A stretch of 20,000 nucleotides of DNA from an uncultured virus (IMG/VR IMGVR_UViG_3300046002_006897) (Duplodnaviria; Heunggongvirae; Uroviricota; Caudoviricetes), in the IMG/VR virus record IMGVR_UViG_3300046002_006897; one strand, 5' to 3'. Below are positions 16,311 through 20,000 of this stretch, one piece after another; the stretch's first letter is position 1, and every line of letters begins with the position of its first letter. Both the position numbers and the translations under genes were made by a program. The notes below the pieces were generated by a model. It had not been told where the DNA came from, made no database searches, and saw nothing but the letters and a program-made list of their open reading frames with translations.

Positions 16311-17666
16311 ATGGCAAAAATCAACTTAAGCATGTTCGATTCGTTCAAGAAACTGGACGAATATAAAAGCCTGACGAAGCTTCAACAAAAGTTCTTTAAG
16401 GATTTTTTCTCTGGCCGCAATATTTTTCTTACCGGCCCCGCTGGAACAGGCAAATCGTTCTGTGTGAATCTGTTATTCAAGTTCTTGGACCTACATTCCA
16501 TATTTTATGGAAAGACCGCAACAACTGGCGTGGCGGCACTAAATATAGGAGGAACCACACTCCATTCTTGGTCTGGAATGGGATTGGCCGAAGAAGACGG
16601 CATGGATTTGCTGGATAAAGTATCGGAAAACAAGAAAGCCGTAGACCGTATAAAAAGTTCCAAGGTTTTGATTGTTGATGAAATATCAATGGCGCAGTCT
16701 AATCTGCTAGATAAGCTTGATATTGTATGCCAATTCATCAGAAATAAAGAGAAACCATTCGGTGGTATGCAAGTTGTATTTGTCGGAGATTTCATGCAAC
16801 TTCCGCCAGTATTCAAGAACTATCAGAACGAGGAATTTGCATTCGACTCGCAGGCATGGAAGGACGCGGGGGTTAAGACAATTCACTTGACGGAGATTGT
16901 TCGTCAACACGACGAGCCACATTTTGCAAAACTTTTGAACGAAGTTAGACTCGGTTCGGCCAAAGATTTTTCATTATTGTTGGGATGTGTTGGTCGGGCA
17001 TTCCCGGACGATGGTATTGCGCCGGTTAAATTATACTGTAAAAACGTCGATGTTAGTCGATATAATCATGCTGAATTAGCTAAAATTAAGTCCGTCACTA
17101 AATATTATCATGCGAGCGATTCTGGTGGCGATTCATGGAAGCAGTTCTTCGACAAAAACTGCCCAGCGCCGACTAACCTAGAATTAAAAATTGGCGCTCA
17201 AGTTATATTGTTAAAGAATATTGACCCAAAAATTGGGTTGGTCAATGGCAGTGTAGGTATAGTAAAAGAACTTTACGACTCCTGTGCCGTGGTTGACTTT
17301 GTCACAGCCGGGTCACAAGTAATCGAGGTCCAAAAATGGGAAGTTAAGCAGAATGAATATGATAGTTTAAGTGGCGGAATGAAGAAAGTCGTTCTGGCAT
17401 CTCGCGCACAACTGCCACTGAAACTTGCTTGGGCAATAACAATTCACAAAAGTCAGGGCAGCACACTTGATAGAGCAGAAATTGATGTAAGTGAAGCATT
17501 TGCTGCGGGACAAGTATATGTAGCATTGAGCAGAGTGCGTAATTTATCTTCACTTAGTATAAAGTCTTTTTCTCCACACAAAATCAAAACAAATAAAAAG
17601 TGTTTGGATTTTTATAACTCGCAAATTGATGAAAAAGAGATAGAGTTCTTTATTGACGAGGACTGA
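16311..17666 (+). CDS. pif1: PIF1-family SF1B 5'-3' DNA helicase
   Basis: Motifs LTGPAGTGKS, TTGVAALNIGGTTLHSWSG, VDEISM, PFGGMQVVFVGDFMQLPPV, AWAITIHKSQGSTLD and GQVYVALSR. Confidence 0.95.
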   Translation: MAKINLSMFDSFKKLDEYKSLTKLQQKFFKDFFSGRNIFLTGPAGTGKSFCVNLLFKFLDLHSIFYGKTATTGVAALNIGGTTLHSWSGMGLAEEDGMDLLDKVSENKKAVDRIKSSKVLIVDEISMAQSNLLDKLDIVCQFIRNKEKPFGGMQVVFVGDFMQLPPVFKNYQNEEFAFDSQAWKDAGVKTIHLTEIVRQHDEPHFAKLLNEVRLGSAKDFSLLLGCVGRAFPDDGIAPVKLYCKNVDVSRYNHAELAKIKSVTKYYHASDSGGDSWKQFFDKNCPAPTNLELKIGAQVILLKNIDPKIGLVNGSVGIVKELYDSCAVVDFVTAGSQVIEVQKWEVKQNEYDSLSGGMKKVVLASRAQLPLKLAWAITIHKSQGSTLDRAEIDVSEAFAAGQVYVALSRVRNLSSLSIKSFSPHKIKTNKKCLDFYNSQIDEKEIEFFIDED

Positions 17667-17674
17667 AAACAATT

Positions 17675-18094
17675 ATGACTACACAGAAAAAAGGTTTGTA
17701 TTATTATATTATAACAGTTTTATGCTTTTTGCATATTGTACTCACTGCTACTGCCATCTGGGCACTGAAGCATTTGTGGGACAATGGGCAGTTGATGACT
17801 GATTATGTTTCAACTTTAAGAGCGGTATTTACAATATGCGGACAATTTTGGTTTATCAGAGAGATGCTTTGGCATGATTCTGGATATACTATCATAACAA
17901 CTACGGAATATAAATTGTTCAAGTGTAAAGAAAGTGGCAAAGAAGAAGCATTTATGATGTTTGCTGATAGCACAGAAGAACTAGAACACTTCTTTGAGGT
18001 TACTGAACCAACCAAAAAGATTTATATTGAAGAGGCAGAAATGACTGGTAAAAGTATCCAAATGAAAGTATTCAACGGAGATGATGTAAAATGA
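17675..18094 (+). CDS. Hypothetical membrane protein
   Basis: Hydrophobic N-terminal segments followed by an acidic C-terminal domain; ATGA overlap with the next gene. Confidence 0.7.
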   Translation: MTTQKKGLYYYIITVLCFLHIVLTATAIWALKHLWDNGQLMTDYVSTLRAVFTICGQFWFIREMLWHDSGYTIITTTEYKLFKCKESGKEEAFMMFADSTEELEHFFEVTEPTKKIYIEEAEMTGKSIQMKVFNGDDVK

Positions 18095-18342
18095 ACAAAG
18101 TTGACAAAGATTGCAATCATGTTTGGAGAATATATGGTAATTACATGGACGAGGAAGTCGAGCCATCGTGGCCAGACCGAGGCTTTGTGGAATGCACAAA
18201 ATGCAAAGGAATTAAATTGGCAAATCTGTGGAAATTAATTAAACGGGTTCCTCCAACTAGACCGAAGGCCGTTTGGAAATCGACTCGTGGTCTAGAAGAT
18301 ATGCCTAGTTATGATACAATCGTGGAGATTTTAGAATTATGA
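18091..18342 (+). CDS. Small hypothetical protein with a CxH...CxxC motif
   Basis: DCNHVW...ECTKCKG; ATGA overlaps on both sides. Confidence 0.7.
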   Translation: MNKVDKDCNHVWRIYGNYMDEEVEPSWPDRGFVECTKCKGIKLANLWKLIKRVPPTRPKAVWKSTRGLEDMPSYDTIVEILEL

Positions 18343-18581
18343 AAAAAACACAAATTGAAATAAAGAAAACTGGTAAATTGTTCGATGTGAAATATCTTAT
18401 TGATGGTTATGTCGGAGTGACATATACCGTGGTGGTGAATACAAACATAGCAGATTATGTTGGTTGGAGCGAAACGAAGTTTGAAAGCTATCTTCGTAAG
18501 TCGTTTCGCCATTTTTATAATTTGGACAAAAATTTGAAGCCAAACAAACGTAATGATAGATTATCAATAAACAAACTATGA
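18339..18581 (+). CDS. Hypothetical protein
   Basis: ATGA overlaps on both sides. Confidence 0.7.
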   Translation: MKKTQIEIKKTGKLFDVKYLIDGYVGVTYTVVVNTNIADYVGWSETKFESYLRKSFRHFYNLDKNLKPNKRNDRLSINKL

Positions 18582-19357
18582 GCAAAACAGCAGCATTCAT
18601 TCTAAACCATAATCTACCCGATTACACGGACATGTTATATGAGTCGCTCAAACCCTATGAGCGAACTGACTATGACTTGTTTGTTATAGACAACGGTTCT
18701 ACACCAGAAGGCAAGAGCAAACACACCTCATTTGAGTTGGGTGAGAATGTGTATTTTGGTGGTGGTTTCAATGCTGCCATGCAATATACATTGGAAAATA
18801 AAAAGTATGATAGCATGATGTTTTTGAACAATGATTTGACAGTTCATCCATACAACTTTGTGAGGTCTTTGCGTGAAGAGATGTTTGAAGAAGTTTTCAT
18901 GGACAAATATTGTTCTCAAGAACAACGCTATGATATTGTGTCACCTTCTTTTTATAATATTGAACCCAAAGGCCAATGTCATTGGAAGAGTATGCACAGT
19001 TGGAGTGCCAAAGAAACCAGACCTGTTGATTATATTGATTTTCAATGTCCATTGATCAGCGGAAGATTGCTTGAACAAGTCAAAGAAATCGACGGTGATT
19101 TGTTGTATGGATGGGGCATTTGTTTCTATTTTGCTTTGTTGGCAAAACACAACGGTTGGAAACTTGGTATGGTGGACAGATGTTGCGTACTGCATCATAA
19201 CTCTCTCACCGTGAAACGAGGTGTAGCTGGGTTGGATATTCCAACATATTGCATGCGAGCCGAAACTGGACAAAACAACTTTTTCTCAAAGAAAAATATG
19301 ATGAGAGAATATATTGAATTGAGAAAGAAAGCAGAAACATATGAATACAACAACTGA
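18578..19357 (+). CDS. Glycosyltransferase family 2 (WbbL/GT2-like)
   Basis: Motifs AFILNHN, FVIDNGS, ENVYFGGGFNAA and FLNND. Confidence 0.85.
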   Translation: MSKTAAFILNHNLPDYTDMLYESLKPYERTDYDLFVIDNGSTPEGKSKHTSFELGENVYFGGGFNAAMQYTLENKKYDSMMFLNNDLTVHPYNFVRSLREEMFEEVFMDKYCSQEQRYDIVSPSFYNIEPKGQCHWKSMHSWSAKETRPVDYIDFQCPLISGRLLEQVKEIDGDLLYGWGICFYFALLAKHNGWKLGMVDRCCVLHHNSLTVKRGVAGLDIPTYCMRAETGQNNFFSKKNMMREYIELRKKAETYEYNN

Positions 19358-19601
19358 AACACAACTTACACTTGATTTGGGCAAAGAACATCAAACATTG
19401 ATTACCATACAGCCAGATTTGAGCATGACTTTTCATGATGGTAAAAATGCGATTGGAAAACTTGATTGGAATGATGGCACAATGAAGTTTAGCGGCAGTG
19501 TTGATGAAAGTGCGCAACTATTCTTTGCTTGTATTATACAAGCACACACTCAAGACACATTGTTTGAACAAAAGAAAAATAATACGGAGATGAAATCATG
19601 A
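19341..19601 (+). CDS. Hypothetical protein
   Basis: Co-oriented ORF containing IGKLDWNDGTMKFSGSVDESAQLFF. Confidence 0.7.
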   Translation: MNTTTETQLTLDLGKEHQTLITIQPDLSMTFHDGKNAIGKLDWNDGTMKFSGSVDESAQLFFACIIQAHTQDTLFEQKKNNTEMKS

Positions 19602-19852
19602 ATATTACACTATGCCATTGTGGTACTGCAACCAAAAGGCCACATCAAATCGAAAAGTTTGGATGTAGTAGATTTATTGCTGCTGCTCCTATTTTTAGAG
19701 GTAAACACCCCGAATTGGGATGTGATATGTGGGATACCGGCGACGGTAGCCCTATAACGGATTATACCCTACGGCATCAACGCGGTTATAAAAAACATGA
19801 AAATGGTATATGGTCGATGTGGCAGGGTAGCACAAATTCAATTGAAGCGTGA
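19598..19852 (+). CDS. Hypothetical protein
   Basis: ATGA overlap; CHCG...H...C pattern. Confidence 0.65.
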   Translation: MNITLCHCGTATKRPHQIEKFGCSRFIAAAPIFRGKHPELGCDMWDTGDGSPITDYTLRHQRGYKKHENGIWSMWQGSTNSIEA

Positions 19853-19888
19853 TTATGAAAAAAAGAAATATAATACAGAGTGGAAATC

Positions 19889-20000
19889 ATGAGCAAAATA
19901 ACTGATACAATTATATTATTGACCAAACACAACTCGTGGCGAAGAGGTGATGAAACTATTGAAATGCAAGATCCAAAAGAGATTGGTGCTGCTATAGATG
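19889..20000 (+). CDS. Hypothetical phage protein, 3'-truncated by the window edge
   Basis: Manual translation MSKITDTIILLTKHNSWRRGDETIEMQDPKEIGAAID... stays open to the window end. Confidence 0.65.
   Translation, partial: MSKITDTIILLTKHNSWRRGDETIEMQDPKEIGAAID

Noticed and set aside
6174..19517. Numerous short minus-strand ORFs opposite the + strand genes
   Set aside because: These are shadow ORFs of well-supported genes, with no motifs or start signals.
19855..19905. 16-codon ORF MKKRNIIQSGNHEQNN
   Set aside because: Too short and unsupported. The overlapping ORF from 19889 is the more plausible gene.
1..20000. Stop-codon recoding (TAG reassignment)
   Set aside because: The accepted genes end in TAA or TGA, but they are intact and densely packed under the standard code, with no in-frame TAG interruptions.

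Overview
AT-rich, densely packed segment that reads as a large dsDNA bacteriophage genome with T4-superfamily-like replication genes. No rRNA, tRNA or CRISPR array was seen. The left part carries small hypothetical genes, an antisense HNH homing endonuclease with four zinc-ribbon repeats, a clamp-loader small subunit, a dNMP kinase, a Cas4/AddB-like PD-(D/E)XK nuclease and a small putative ribbon-helix-helix protein. The HNH gene is translationally coupled to a 47-aa basic ORF missing from the ORF track. The centre (about 5.4-16.2 kb) is a glyco-modification island with about 6 glycosyltransferase-like genes, 5 SAM-dependent methyltransferase-like genes and a hexapeptide O-acetyltransferase, mostly chained by ATGA overlaps. 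It is followed by a PIF1 helicase, small ORFs and another GT2. Regulatory signals visible in the sequence are: five TTGAC(A/G)-N16-(-10) promoters lying 7-11 nt before start codons with no Shine-Dalgarno, an identical TTTATATTTAT motif ahead of both minus-strand units, a phased direct repeat over the helicase promoter, and an inverted repeat ahead of the RHH-like gene. All family assignments come from motif recognition by eye; no database searches were run.
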